Positions 1 to 8,747 of a stretch of 64,000 nt of DNA are shown in pieces. Each line of letters opens with the position of its first letter. Position 1 is the stretch's first letter. The translations under genes and the position numbers were made by a program. Under the pieces are notes generated by a model. That model worked only from the letters and a program-made list of their open reading frames with translations, did not search any database and was not told where the DNA came from. Source of the DNA: Candidatus Adamsella avium (lineage in GTDB: Bacteria > Cyanobacteriota > Vampirovibrionia > Gastranaerophilales > CAJFVJ01); the NCBI GenBank assembly GCA_904420445.1, contig CAJFVJ010000001.1, forward strand, positions 257,266-321,265, read 5' to 3'.

Positions 1-40
1 CAATTATTTTTTCCATTTCATCTATATATTGTTGTTTCAT
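1..40 (-). CDS. First 13 codons (MKQQYIDEMEKII...) of an ORF running off the left edge; next gene of the flagellar operon, product not identifiable
   Basis: ATG at 40..38 on the reverse strand, preceded by a GGAG...GGGG purine-rich SD region, 29 nt after the stop of ORF 70..381. Confidence 0.3.
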   Translation of the reverse strand, partial: MKQQYIDEMEKII

Positions 41-69
41 TTCCCCGTGCTCCATTTTTTACCGGTCTT

Positions 70-381
70 TTACGCCGAATAGTCTACCAAAACACTCCTT
101 CCGTAAGTTATTCCATAATTTATATCTTCATAAGATAACTCTTGGTTCATATTTTTTGCATAATCCTGTATTTCATTCAGCTTTGTTTCAGACATTTTCT
201 TCAAAAGCAGCTGTTGTAGTCTTTCCTCATTTTTCAACTCTTCTTGTTCAATAACGGAAGCTTGAGTTTCTTGTGTTTCTTCTTTCCCTTTTTGAACAGT
301 TTTCGCATCATGTTGAAATGCGCTCAGAGCTCTTAATGCTTGTAGTTTATTTATATCTGCTGAATTTATACCGTTTACCAT
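70..381 (-). CDS. Small hypothetical protein in the flagellar operon; size and position are compatible with an FlgM-like exported factor, but no diagnostic motif was seen
   Basis: 103-aa ORF 22 nt downstream of the rod-binding gene on the same strand. E/Q/K-rich helical composition. N-terminus MVNGINSADI mirrors MVNGIRREDI of the upstream gene. Confidence 0.55.
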   Translation of the reverse strand: MVNGINSADINKLQALRALSAFQHDAKTVQKGKEETQETQASVIEQEELKNEERLQQLLLKKMSETKLNEIQDYAKNMNQELSYEDINYGITYGRSVLVDYSA

Positions 382-403
382 CTCTTATCCCCTAAAATAT
401 CCC

Positions 404-709
404 TTATAAAGTTCTTTTCATCTGCTCATACATCTGCTTAGCTATTCCGATAGAACCGGTCGGACTCTTTGCTATATCCTGTGCTATATACTGATTTAAC
501 ATTGAACGGAATTTTTCTTCTGCCTGCCCTCCTGATATAAAACCCGTTCTTTCAATGGTCTTATCCATTATGTTAAGCATCTGGGCTACAAATACCGATT
601 CAAATTCCTGAGATACTCTTTTGAGTTTCTCATCCTCTGTTGCCTTCATCCCCTGTACGTTTCTGAAGTCTATTGATGTTATATCTTCTCTTCTTATTCC
701 GTTGACCAT
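404..709 (-). CDS. flgJ: Flagellar rod-binding protein (single-domain FlgJ; rod-binding domain only, no muramidase domain)
   Basis: 101 aa. KRVSQEFESVFVAQMLNIMDK ... GIAKQMYEQM matches the FlgJ N-terminal rod-binding domain. Directly follows flgI. Confidence 0.8.
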   Translation of the reverse strand: MVNGIRREDITSIDFRNVQGMKATEDEKLKRVSQEFESVFVAQMLNIMDKTIERTGFISGGQAEEKFRSMLNQYIAQDIAKSPTGSIGIAKQMYEQMKRTL

Positions 710-722
710 ATTATTTTTATTC

Positions 723-1859
723 CTAAATAAGTTCTATATCAGCCTGCAGAGAACCTGCCGATTTCAGTGCCTGAAGTATTGAAATCAAATCATAGGGAGC
801 TACACCTATGGTATTCAAAGCGCGAACCAAATCGTTCAAATTACTGTTAGCAGGCAGAGTAACAAGTTTCCCGGGAGTTTTGTTCACGTTTATTGCGCTG
901 TTCTGGATTATAGCTGTCTGACCCTGACCAAAGGCATTTGGCTGTGATGCTTCGTTGACAGTGGTGACGGTAACAGTCAGGTTGCCATGGGCAATTGCTG
1001 CAGGAAGAAGTTTTACCTCATTGCCGATAACAACTGTTCCCGTTCGTTCGTTGATAACAACTTTTGCAACTCCATCAGTATTGCTGACAGTGAGATTTTC
1101 CAAAATGGAAAGAAATGTAATTTTGTCATCCTTGAAAGAATCAGGGATTGTAATCCTCAATGAGCTTCCATCAAGAGCTTTCGCAGGAGCAAGGTTTGAG
1201 TTTATTGTCTGGGTAATTCTTGCAACCATTGTGAAATCTGATTTATTCAAAACAAGTTTGAGAGAATCATCATCACCGATAGGGGTATTTATATCTCTTT
1301 CAACAATAGCACCGTTAGGGATACGTGCTGATGTTGTAATTGCCGTTCTCACACTGCTTCCGTTTGCAGAAACGTTCGTACCGCTTGTGCTGATAGGTCC
1401 CTGTGCAACAGCTATAACTTCACCGTTTGGAGCAAGCAGCTGGGTTTGAACGAGAACTCCGCCTTCCAAACTTTTGGCATCAGCAAGAGATGAGACAACA
1501 ACATCAATCTTATCTCCGTTTTTTGCAAAAGGAGGAACTGTAGCAACAACCATAACGGCAGCCGTATTACCTTTTTTGATATCATTGCTGTTTGTGATGA
1601 TTGTTCCAAGGTTTTGCAACATCAACTGGTTTGTAATCTGAGTTGATCTTGAGTTATCACCTGTACCGGATAAACCGACAACAACACCATAGCCGACGAG
1701 CTGGTTGTCACGAACTCCGTCTATATGGGTAATATCTTTTATACGCACGCTTCTTGCAGCATTCGGCACATCCACCACGGCATATGCAGAAGACATATAA
1801 GAAAGAAGCATCATTATTGTTAAAAATATTTTCCCCAACTTTATCATTTTTTTATCCAC
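723..1859 (-). CDS. flgI: Flagellar P-ring protein FlgI
   Basis: 378 aa. N-terminal signal peptide, then IKDITHIDGVRDNQLVGYGVVVGLSGTGD and C-terminal LISILQALKSAGSLQADIELI, both hallmark FlgI segments. Confidence 0.95.
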   Translation of the reverse strand: MDKKMIKLGKIFLTIMMLLSYMSSAYAVVDVPNAARSVRIKDITHIDGVRDNQLVGYGVVVGLSGTGDNSRSTQITNQLMLQNLGTIITNSNDIKKGNTAAVMVVATVPPFAKNGDKIDVVVSSLADAKSLEGGVLVQTQLLAPNGEVIAVAQGPISTSGTNVSANGSSVRTAITTSARIPNGAIVERDINTPIGDDDSLKLVLNKSDFTMVARITQTINSNLAPAKALDGSSLRITIPDSFKDDKITFLSILENLTVSNTDGVAKVVINERTGTVVIGNEVKLLPAAIAHGNLTVTVTTVNEASQPNAFGQGQTAIIQNSAINVNKTPGKLVTLPANSNLNDLVRALNTIGVAPYDLISILQALKSAGSLQADIELI

Positions 1860-1866
1860 CCCTAAA

Positions 1867-2493
1867 TTAGAATAAGTATTTTGAATATTTGTTTATCAAA
1901 CCTTCGTTGTTTGATCTTGAGATTGTTCCTTTTCCGTCAACAGCGAACTGGAGATTTGCGACCTGTGATGATCTGATTGTTCCGGAAGAATCAATCAGCC
2001 TCGGGTCAATTATCCCGCTCAGAAGGAGGTCTGTTCTTTCTCCTGCGTTCATCAGTGTTTTCTTACCCTGTATTACAAGATTGCCGTTAGGAAGAATCTG
2101 CACGACCTGAGCAGCCATTGAGTTTTGATAAGAAGTATTTCTTGATGCCTCAGCAGAGTTTGCAACAGAGTTTGAACCGCCGTATCCGTCAAATTTATCG
2201 TTAAATATTTTCCCCGGAAGCAGTGTGTTCAAAAGGGTTGTAAACCCGTCACGAAGTTCTGATGTTTTTGATGTATCAAGTTGTACGTTGTCCTGAACTC
2301 TTGCTGTTTCATCAATTTCGACAGTTACCATATCACCAATATTTCTTGCTTTAACGCTGTAATAAAGCGAACGTGGAGTAACATAGTCATTTGCATAAAC
2401 CCCGCCTTTAAACAGAGATTCTGCGTGTGTCAAAGAGCTCATAGAGCCAACCAAAACAAATGTTATTAATAATGTTTTTAAATTTATTTTCAT
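1867..2493 (-). CDS. flgH: Flagellar L-ring protein FlgH
   Basis: 208 aa. Signal peptide; SLF...ARNIGDMVTVEIDE and ILPNGNLVIQGKK segments are typical of FlgH. Sits between flgA and flgI. Confidence 0.93.
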   Translation of the reverse strand: MKINLKTLLITFVLVGSMSSLTHAESLFKGGVYANDYVTPRSLYYSVKARNIGDMVTVEIDETARVQDNVQLDTSKTSELRDGFTTLLNTLLPGKIFNDKFDGYGGSNSVANSAEASRNTSYQNSMAAQVVQILPNGNLVIQGKKTLMNAGERTDLLLSGIIDPRLIDSSGTIRSSQVANLQFAVDGKGTISRSNNEGLINKYSKYLF

Positions 2494-2501
2494 TTCCCCA
2501 C

Positions 2502-3215
2502 CTATATTTTTACCAATACCATATTTTTGTTAATAACCTCACCCATATAAAATCTTTTGTATTTGGGACTTTTTACTTTTATCATATCTCCTATGCATCC
2601 GCTTTCGGTTGCCTGTACTTCAAAAGCTATCTGTATTGTATTCGCCTGCATTATTGCAGAGATTGTCGAATTTTTTGTTATATCAGGTTTTTGTTTTATG
2701 TATTTTTTGTTGATAATTTCTGATATTCCAAAATTTTTGTTTGCCACATATTCTGTTATGTCATCTTTTGAGCGAAGAACGTTTTCGTAGTTATTTGTTA
2801 TATCTTTTCTTTTGAGTTCAGTGTTGCTCAAGTTAAAATTCTTATCTCTTGTAACTATTCCCGTTGTCACCCAAACTTCATCATAAACTTTCAGATTAAT
2901 TGGCATATTAAGCTTTTTCTCTGTTTTACCGTTGATGATTATATCAACGGTTGCTATTTTTCTAGGAGAAAAAACTCTGTCTTTAAAGTAAGCTTTTATT
3001 TTGATTTCCCCCTCAGGAACTACCGTATCATTTAGATAAAGCGGCATTATTTCCGTTTTCAACTCACCTTTTACGGATGATTTCATCTGTTGATTAAGCT
3101 GTGAGGTAACCTGTTTGTTGATAAAATCTTTGCTCAAAACTTTAGCATCAGCACAGGAGGTAAAAATTACCCCTGTCAGTATTATTAAAAATATTTTGCT
3201 TAAAGTCCTAAACAT
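2502..3215 (-). CDS. flgA: Flagellar P-ring assembly chaperone FlgA
   Basis: 237 aa. Signal peptide. C-terminal SAF-like end GDMIKVKSPKYKRFYMGEVINKNMVLVKI. Canonical position between flgG and flgH. Confidence 0.8.
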   Translation of the reverse strand: MFRTLSKIFLIILTGVIFTSCADAKVLSKDFINKQVTSQLNQQMKSSVKGELKTEIMPLYLNDTVVPEGEIKIKAYFKDRVFSPRKIATVDIIINGKTEKKLNMPINLKVYDEVWVTTGIVTRDKNFNLSNTELKRKDITNNYENVLRSKDDITEYVANKNFGISEIINKKYIKQKPDITKNSTISAIMQANTIQIAFEVQATESGCIGDMIKVKSPKYKRFYMGEVINKNMVLVKI

Positions 3216-3227
3216 TCTTTTTATTCC

Positions 3228-4013
3228 TTATCTTATCTGGTTAGCTTGCTGTAGCATTTCGCTTGCAGATTGAATCATATTTGAGTTTGCCTCAAAAGCT
3301 CTTTGAGCCTGAATGAGGTTAACGAGTTCGGTTACTATCTGAACGTTTGACCCTTCAAGTGATGATTGGAGAAGAGTTCCAAAACCTTCCTGCCCTGGGA
3401 TACCTTGTATAGGCTGACCTGATGCCGGAGATTCAAGCAAAAGGTTCTTGCCCATTGATATAAGCCCTGCAGGGTTTATAAATTTTGCAAGTTCGAGTGT
3501 ACCTATTTCTGTTTGTGTAGGTTCATTGTTTATTTTGACGGATACTTTACCGTCAGATGTAATGATAAACTCATTTGCATCCTGAGGGATTGTTATCTGA
3601 GGCTGTACAATGTAGCCATCGGTTGTACACAGAGTGCCGTTGCCGTCGACTTTGAAACTTCCGTCACGTGTATAAGCAATTGTTCCGTCATCAAGCTGGA
3701 TTCTGAAAAATCCGTCTCCTTCTATTGCAACATCAAAAGAGTTTCCTGTTGAAACAATTGTACCGCTTGTAAAAACTCTCTGTGTTGCAGATGGTTTTAC
3801 ACCAAGACCGACTTCAACACCTACAGGCTGATTTGTACCCTGAGCAACCAGAGCACCGGGTGCTCTTTCTATCTGGCTCAAAAGACTTTGAAATTCTGTT
3901 CTTACCTTTTTGTAGCCGGTTGTTGATACGTTAGCGACGTTGTTCGCTATTACGTCAATATTCAGTTGTTGTGCATCCATTCCTGTTGCGGCTGTCATTA
4001 GAGCTCTTAACAT
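3228..4013 (-). CDS. flgG: Flagellar distal rod protein FlgG
   Basis: 261 aa. MLRALMTAATGMDAQQLNIDVIANNVANVSTTGYKK N-terminus and conserved C-terminal NVQIVTELVNLIQAQRAFEANS. Confidence 0.93.
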   Translation of the reverse strand: MLRALMTAATGMDAQQLNIDVIANNVANVSTTGYKKVRTEFQSLLSQIERAPGALVAQGTNQPVGVEVGLGVKPSATQRVFTSGTIVSTGNSFDVAIEGDGFFRIQLDDGTIAYTRDGSFKVDGNGTLCTTDGYIVQPQITIPQDANEFIITSDGKVSVKINNEPTQTEIGTLELAKFINPAGLISMGKNLLLESPASGQPIQGIPGQEGFGTLLQSSLEGSNVQIVTELVNLIQAQRAFEANSNMIQSASEMLQQANQIR

Positions 4014-4036
4014 TTTATCCTCCCGCTTTATTTAAG

Positions 4037-4864
4037 TTAACTTGATATTGGTCTTCCCGTCTGTGTTACTGCTTGTTCAAGTGTGTCACTTGCTGTTCTG
4101 ATTGTATTTACCATTGATTCATAACTTCGCATTGCATCAATTGATTTTATCATTGTCTTTACGGCATCTGCATTTGATGATTCGAGTGAACCCTGAACTA
4201 TCTCACATGTTGTTGCTATTTGAGGGTTGAGGCTTTCGTTTCTCGGTTTAAAATAAACTCCGCCTAAAGATTCCATATCTTCTCTGTTTGCAAAGTCAAC
4301 AATATTTATGTTATCGAGTGTTTCGAAAGATTCTGCCCCCGGTTCTCCCCTTTTTACGTTTATATTCCCCTGTTTATCGATGATTATGTCTTTTGTTCTT
4401 GATTCCTGCAAGTCTACAATGACAGGCATGTTTTGCTGGTTCAGGAGATAGTTTCCCTCCAAATCCGTAACTGTTCCGTTTGTATGAAAAGTGAAAGCAC
4501 CGTTTCTTGTATATTTTTCTTCTCCTTCAGGTGTTCTTACTTTGAAAAATCCGTTGCCGTTCAAAGCAAGGTCAAAAGTATTGCCTGTTTCTATTATGCT
4601 CCCCTGTCTGAAATCTATTACAGAACGCTGTGTAAGAGGACCGACACTCAAAGAACCTATTGAGTCAGTGCCTGTTCCTTCATTTATAAAATATTCTTTA
4701 TCTGATTTTATGTTGCTGACAGCTGTTTGTTGTATGTCTTTAAATACGAGTTTTACCTGTTTGTAGCCGGTTGTGTTGACGTTAGCCATGTTATGAGCAA
4801 GAGCGTCATTCAGGTCTACTATGGTATTTATTCCGTTTTTTGTAGAATCTATACTTCTAAGCAT
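4037..4864 (-). CDS. flgF: Flagellar proximal rod protein (FlgF-like)
   Basis: 275 aa. ALAHNMANVNTTGYKQ rod N-terminal motif and SNADAVKTMIKSIDAMRSYE C-terminal rod motif. Immediately upstream of flgG. Confidence 0.8.
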   Translation of the reverse strand: MLRSIDSTKNGINTIVDLNDALAHNMANVNTTGYKQVKLVFKDIQQTAVSNIKSDKEYFINEGTGTDSIGSLSVGPLTQRSVIDFRQGSIIETGNTFDLALNGNGFFKVRTPEGEEKYTRNGAFTFHTNGTVTDLEGNYLLNQQNMPVIVDLQESRTKDIIIDKQGNINVKRGEPGAESFETLDNINIVDFANREDMESLGGVYFKPRNESLNPQIATTCEIVQGSLESSNADAVKTMIKSIDAMRSYESMVNTIRTASDTLEQAVTQTGRPISS

Positions 4865-4873
4865 CTCTTACTC

Positions 4874-5440
4874 CTATAAGTAGTTTCTTTCGTAACTCAA
4901 CACACGTTTGACATAGTTTTGTGTTTCCTGATACGGAGGAATACCTCCGTATCTTTTTACGGCATTCGGTCCTGCGTTGTAAGCTGCCAGAGCAAGACTT
5001 TTATCACCGTCAAATCTGTCAAGCATTCCTCTGAGATATTTTGCTCCGCCTTCGATATTCTGCTCGACGTCAAAAATATCTTCAACCCCCAAACCTCTTG
5101 CAGTACCAGGCATCAACTGCATTAAACCTGATGCACCGGCTTTTGATACAGCATTCGGATTAAATCCTGATTCAGCTTTTATGACAGCTTTTATAAGACT
5201 TTCATCAAGATTATATTTGTCTGCTTTTTCTTTTATTATGTAGTCTATATCTTCTACAAAGCTTGTTCTTTCTTCTTCTGATAGAGCAGGTGTATTTGCA
5301 GTGTTCATAACATTTTGAAGAACACCGTTGAAATTTTTTTGTTCTTCAACAGAAGACACACCTATGTCGCCAAAAGTTTGTTCAATCTGCTGAATACGTC
5401 TAAGAGTTAAATCCAGACTTGAAATTTCCATTTTTCCCAA
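4874..5440 (-). CDS. Lytic transglycosylase (SLT domain) protein, first gene of the flagellar rod/ring operon
   Basis: 188 aa. AESGFNPNAVSKAGASGLMQLMPGTA and AYNAGPNAV SLT catalytic-domain motifs. No hydrophobic signal peptide is visible in the first 60 residues. Confidence 0.85.
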   Translation of the reverse strand: MGKMEISSLDLTLRRIQQIEQTFGDIGVSSVEEQKNFNGVLQNVMNTANTPALSEEERTSFVEDIDYIIKEKADKYNLDESLIKAVIKAESGFNPNAVSKAGASGLMQLMPGTARGLGVEDIFDVEQNIEGGAKYLRGMLDRFDGDKSLALAAYNAGPNAVKRYGGIPPYQETQNYVKRVLSYERNYL

Positions 5441-5849
5441 CCACCTGTTTACTATCTTTTTTAGTTAAAAGGATAAAAATATATTATCCTAATTAAAAAA
5501 TACATCATTTTGAGTATACATATCATCCATCCCATGATTGAATTATGCCAAAATGATATAGACCATGTGGTTGAGAGAAAAAAGCTGTTCAAAACCTGTA
5601 GAATTTTTGTATAAAAGTTGTAAAAAATAAAACAAACGGTGTATAAAAAATATCAGGCTGTAGAAAACTTATAGAAAATTAAACAAATTATCAACAGTTT
5701 TTATACAGCTTTTTTTGGTGATATAATTGAAATACAATAATATTTCTACAGATATTTTATTACTATACTACGACTAATTATATATATATATTTATAAATA
5801 TAATATAATAAAGGATAAATAAAGAAGCATATAAAGGAGAGTTTGGAAT
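5441..5849. other. Candidate chromosomal replication origin (oriC) / divergent promoter region upstream of dnaN
   Basis: 409-bp non-coding AT-rich spacer between divergent operons.
- Degenerate DnaA-box-like 9-mers: TTATCAACA at 5688..5696 (1 mismatch to TTATCCACA) and TGTGGTTGA at 5566..5574 (2 mismatches to TGTGGATAA).
- Three copies of CTGTAGAA at 5596..5603, 5658..5665 and inverted at 5744..5751.
- TA-rich stretch at about 5761..5820 as a possible unwinding element.
- TGaTATAAT extended -10 at 5719..5727. Confidence 0.35.
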
Positions 5850-6971
5850 ATGAAGTTTATCATACAAAAAGAATCATTCAACAACAGTTTGAGATTGACT
5901 GAAAAAATAACAGCACAAAAAACGGTTCAACCTGTTTTGTCTAATGTGCTGATTGAAACGGTTGGTGATAACTCTCTGAAATTTTCTGCAACAGATTTGG
6001 ATTTGGCTATAGAATTAACTTCTCCTGCTGTTGTAAATGAAAAAGGAAGCATTACACTTCCTGCAAAAAAATTGAACGAAATTATTTCAAAACTCCCTGA
6101 TAAACCTGTTTCTTTCGAGCTTAATGAAGATACAAACGTTGTTTCTATTACATGCGGAAATTCAAAATTTGATATAGTCGGGATATCTTCTTCTGAGTTC
6201 CCAGAGCTTGCTCAAAAGGAATTGTTGAAAGATAAAATATCAGTATCGGTAAAGATAAAACCATTTTTGAAGGCTGTAAAACAGACTGTTTTTTCAACAG
6301 CGTCTTATGACACGAACAATATACTGAGCGGTGTTTTCTGCAAAATTTTTAACGGCGAACTTGAGATGGCTGCTACTGATGGAAACAGATTATCAAGAGT
6401 AATAGAAAAACTTGATTCTGTTGAAGATAATGATTTTACTGCAGTAATTCCATCCAAAACACTGAATGAATTGTTGAGATTTACTGCCGGTTTTGAGAAT
6501 GAATCTATGGATATAATTGTCAAAAAAGGTCAAATTCTCTTCAAGATGGATGATAGATTTTTGGCTTCAAGACTCTTAGAAGGACAATATCCGAAGTATC
6601 AGCAGCTTATCCCGGAAAAAGGAGAAAAGACAGCTGTTGTTGACAGAGAAGCATTGATAGTTGCTCTTGATAGAGTATCAACTATGGTCAATGAAAGAAC
6701 AAGCATAGTAAAATTCACTTTCAGCGATGATAAACTTCTTCTGAAAGCTGATACATCAGATGCCGGTGCTTCTATGGATTTGATTGATATAGATTATAAA
6801 GACGACGAGCTGATGATTGCATTCAACTACAGATATATACTTGATTCTCTGAAAATTATGGACAGCGAAAAAGTCAGAATAGACTTGAATACACCTTTGA
6901 GTGCAACTGTTTTCAAACCTCAGAGTGATGATAACTATATCTGTTTGGTTATGCCTGTTCAGATTAGATAG
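5850..6971 (+). CDS. dnaN: DNA polymerase III beta sliding clamp
   Basis: 373 aa. Typical length, N-terminus MKFIIQKESFNNSL...VLSNVLIE, three-domain pattern and C-terminal LVMPVQIR. AAGGAG SD 8 nt upstream. Confidence 0.95.
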   Translation: MKFIIQKESFNNSLRLTEKITAQKTVQPVLSNVLIETVGDNSLKFSATDLDLAIELTSPAVVNEKGSITLPAKKLNEIISKLPDKPVSFELNEDTNVVSITCGNSKFDIVGISSSEFPELAQKELLKDKISVSVKIKPFLKAVKQTVFSTASYDTNNILSGVFCKIFNGELEMAATDGNRLSRVIEKLDSVEDNDFTAVIPSKTLNELLRFTAGFENESMDIIVKKGQILFKMDDRFLASRLLEGQYPKYQQLIPEKGEKTAVVDREALIVALDRVSTMVNERTSIVKFTFSDDKLLLKADTSDAGASMDLIDIDYKDDELMIAFNYRYILDSLKIMDSEKVRIDLNTPLSATVFKPQSDDNYICLVMPVQIR

Positions 6972-6973
6972 TT

Positions 6974-8107
6974 ATGTTTCTGAAAAATTTACAACTGACA
7001 AATTTCAGGAACTACAGAGATTGTTCCATAGCTTTTGACAGCATGAAAACATTGGTTGTCGGCGAGAATGCTCAGGGGAAGACAAATGTTCTTGAGGCTG
7101 TTTATTATCTGTCACACAATGATTCTTATCGCATACAGAAGGACAGCGAGCTTATATTGTGGGGCGAGCCTTTTTGCAAAATAAAAGGTGATGTGACAAA
7201 GTATGATATGGATTTATCCCTTGAAGTAATAATAAACCCGCCCTCTAAGAAAATTTTGAAGGTTAATGACATAAAAAAGACAAAGTCTTCTGATTTTCTA
7301 GGAAATATTGTCAGTGTAAATTTTTGCGTTGATGATTTGTTATTAATTAGAGGGGTACCTCAGGATAGAAGAAAGTGGATTGACTCAAGCATAGGTTCTA
7401 TTTATCCTGCATACAAAGACAGGTTAGATAAATATAACAAGATAAGAACTCACAGAAATAATATACTGAAAGACTATAAATCAAATCCTCAATCAGGTTT
7501 GATGAAAACTCTTGATGCTTTTGATGAGCAGTTGATTATCACAGGCAGCAATATAATTTATCTCAGATTGAAATATTTGAAGGAAATAGAGCCGATTGCT
7601 AAAGAAAAACATAAAATAATAGCTGAGAGCGAGAATTTATCTATGGTTTATCAATCATCTGTTTTTGATGATATAGATATATCAGAAGATAAAAATTTCA
7701 GCATAGAAGAAATATCAAAAAGATTTGAAGAAAAATTATCAGAAAGAAAGCAGGAAGAAATAATAAGGGCTCAGACTCTAGTAGGACCTCACAGAGATGA
7801 TGTGAAGTTTTTTATAAACGGCTTTGACTCATTGAGCTTTGCTTCTCAGGGACAGCAAAGGACAATAGTTCTTTCTCTCAAACTCTCTGAACTTGATATA
7901 ATAAAAGAGAAGATTGATGAAAAACCTGTTTTGCTGCTTGATGATGTTCTGGCTGAGTTAGATAAAACACGGCAGAATTTTCTTCTCAAATCAATAGGTT
8001 CTGATATTCAGACAATCATTACATCTGTAGATATTTTGAGTTTTGAAAAAGAATTTCTGAAGGATGTAAAAATATACAAAGTGAAAGATGGAAGTATAGA
8101 TGGCTGA
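6974..8107 (+). CDS. recF: DNA replication and repair protein RecF
   Basis: 377 aa. LQLTNFRNY start, Walker A GENAQGKTNVLEA, signature SQGQQRT, Walker B LLLDDVLAELD. Directly follows dnaN. Confidence 0.93.
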   Translation: MFLKNLQLTNFRNYRDCSIAFDSMKTLVVGENAQGKTNVLEAVYYLSHNDSYRIQKDSELILWGEPFCKIKGDVTKYDMDLSLEVIINPPSKKILKVNDIKKTKSSDFLGNIVSVNFCVDDLLLIRGVPQDRRKWIDSSIGSIYPAYKDRLDKYNKIRTHRNNILKDYKSNPQSGLMKTLDAFDEQLIITGSNIIYLRLKYLKEIEPIAKEKHKIIAESENLSMVYQSSVFDDIDISEDKNFSIEEISKRFEEKLSERKQEEIIRAQTLVGPHRDDVKFFINGFDSLSFASQGQQRTIVLSLKLSELDIIKEKIDEKPVLLLDDVLAELDKTRQNFLLKSIGSDIQTIITSVDILSFEKEFLKDVKIYKVKDGSIDG

Positions 8108-8747
8108 CTTTTTCAAAGATGCAAAACCTGATTCTCTCAAAGATATTATGGGAGGGCTAACAAAGAAAATAGGTCTTGATTTCAAGATGAGGGAGTCTGT
8201 TTTTTTTAATTCATGGAGTGAAATAGCCGGTTTCAGGTTCAAAAACAACACAAAAGCAGTGATGATTAAGTCAAAAAATAATATAAACACTCTTGTTGTT
8301 GCCGTAAAATCACCTGTCATATCTCAGGAGTTGTTTTTGTTCAAGAAAGATTTGTTGAATAAAATAGAAAATTATTCAAAGCCGCTTGGTTTGAGAATTG
8401 ATGATATTTATTTTGATGCAAAATTGTGGAGAGAATACAAAAAAGAGGAACATCAATCATCGAATGATGAAGGTATAAGATATTTGAAAGAGCCTGAGGA
8501 TATTGATTTAGAGCACATAGAAATACCAACATCCATTTTGGAGGATATAGAGAAGTCTTTAGAGAAAGTTCATTTCGGAGATGAAAATCTGAAAAACAGA
8601 ATGAAAAAACTTATGATAAAAGATGTTAAATCAGAGATATGGAAAAAAGAGAAAAACTATCCTTCATGCGAAAAATGCGGAATAACTTTGAACTATATTA
8701 TTGAAGGAGAACCTGTTCTGTGCCCAAGCTGCAAATATAATGATTAG
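8100..8747 (+). CDS. DUF721 (DciA-like) protein with a C-terminal CxxC...CxxC zinc-ribbon extension
   Basis: 215 aa. N-terminal about 95 aa (FNSWSEIAGFRFKNNTKAVMIKS...LVVAVKSPVISQELFLFKKDLLNKIN...IYF) fits the DUF721 pattern. C-terminus is CEKCGITLNYIIEGEPVLCPSC. Overlaps the recF stop by 8 nt. Confidence 0.7.
   Translation: MADFFKDAKPDSLKDIMGGLTKKIGLDFKMRESVFFNSWSEIAGFRFKNNTKAVMIKSKNNINTLVVAVKSPVISQELFLFKKDLLNKIENYSKPLGLRIDDIYFDAKLWREYKKEEHQSSNDEGIRYLKEPEDIDLEHIEIPTSILEDIEKSLEKVHFGDENLKNRMKKLMIKDVKSEIWKKEKNYPSCEKCGITLNYIIEGEPVLCPSCKYND

Noticed and set aside
955-1449. Long antisense ORFs in the track, for example 955..1449(+), 10185..11026(+), 25689..26219(-), 31863..32393(+), 38976..39407(+), 45390..45941(-), 49611..50099(-) and 63388..63999(+)
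   Set aside because: Each lies fully inside a strongly supported gene on the opposite strand. Each has low-complexity or Cys/Phe/Ser-rich composition and lacks a ribosome-binding site. These are typical shadow ORFs.
5441-5849. Claim that the organism lacks dnaA
   Set aside because: dnaA is only shown to be absent from this window. It may lie elsewhere on the chromosome.
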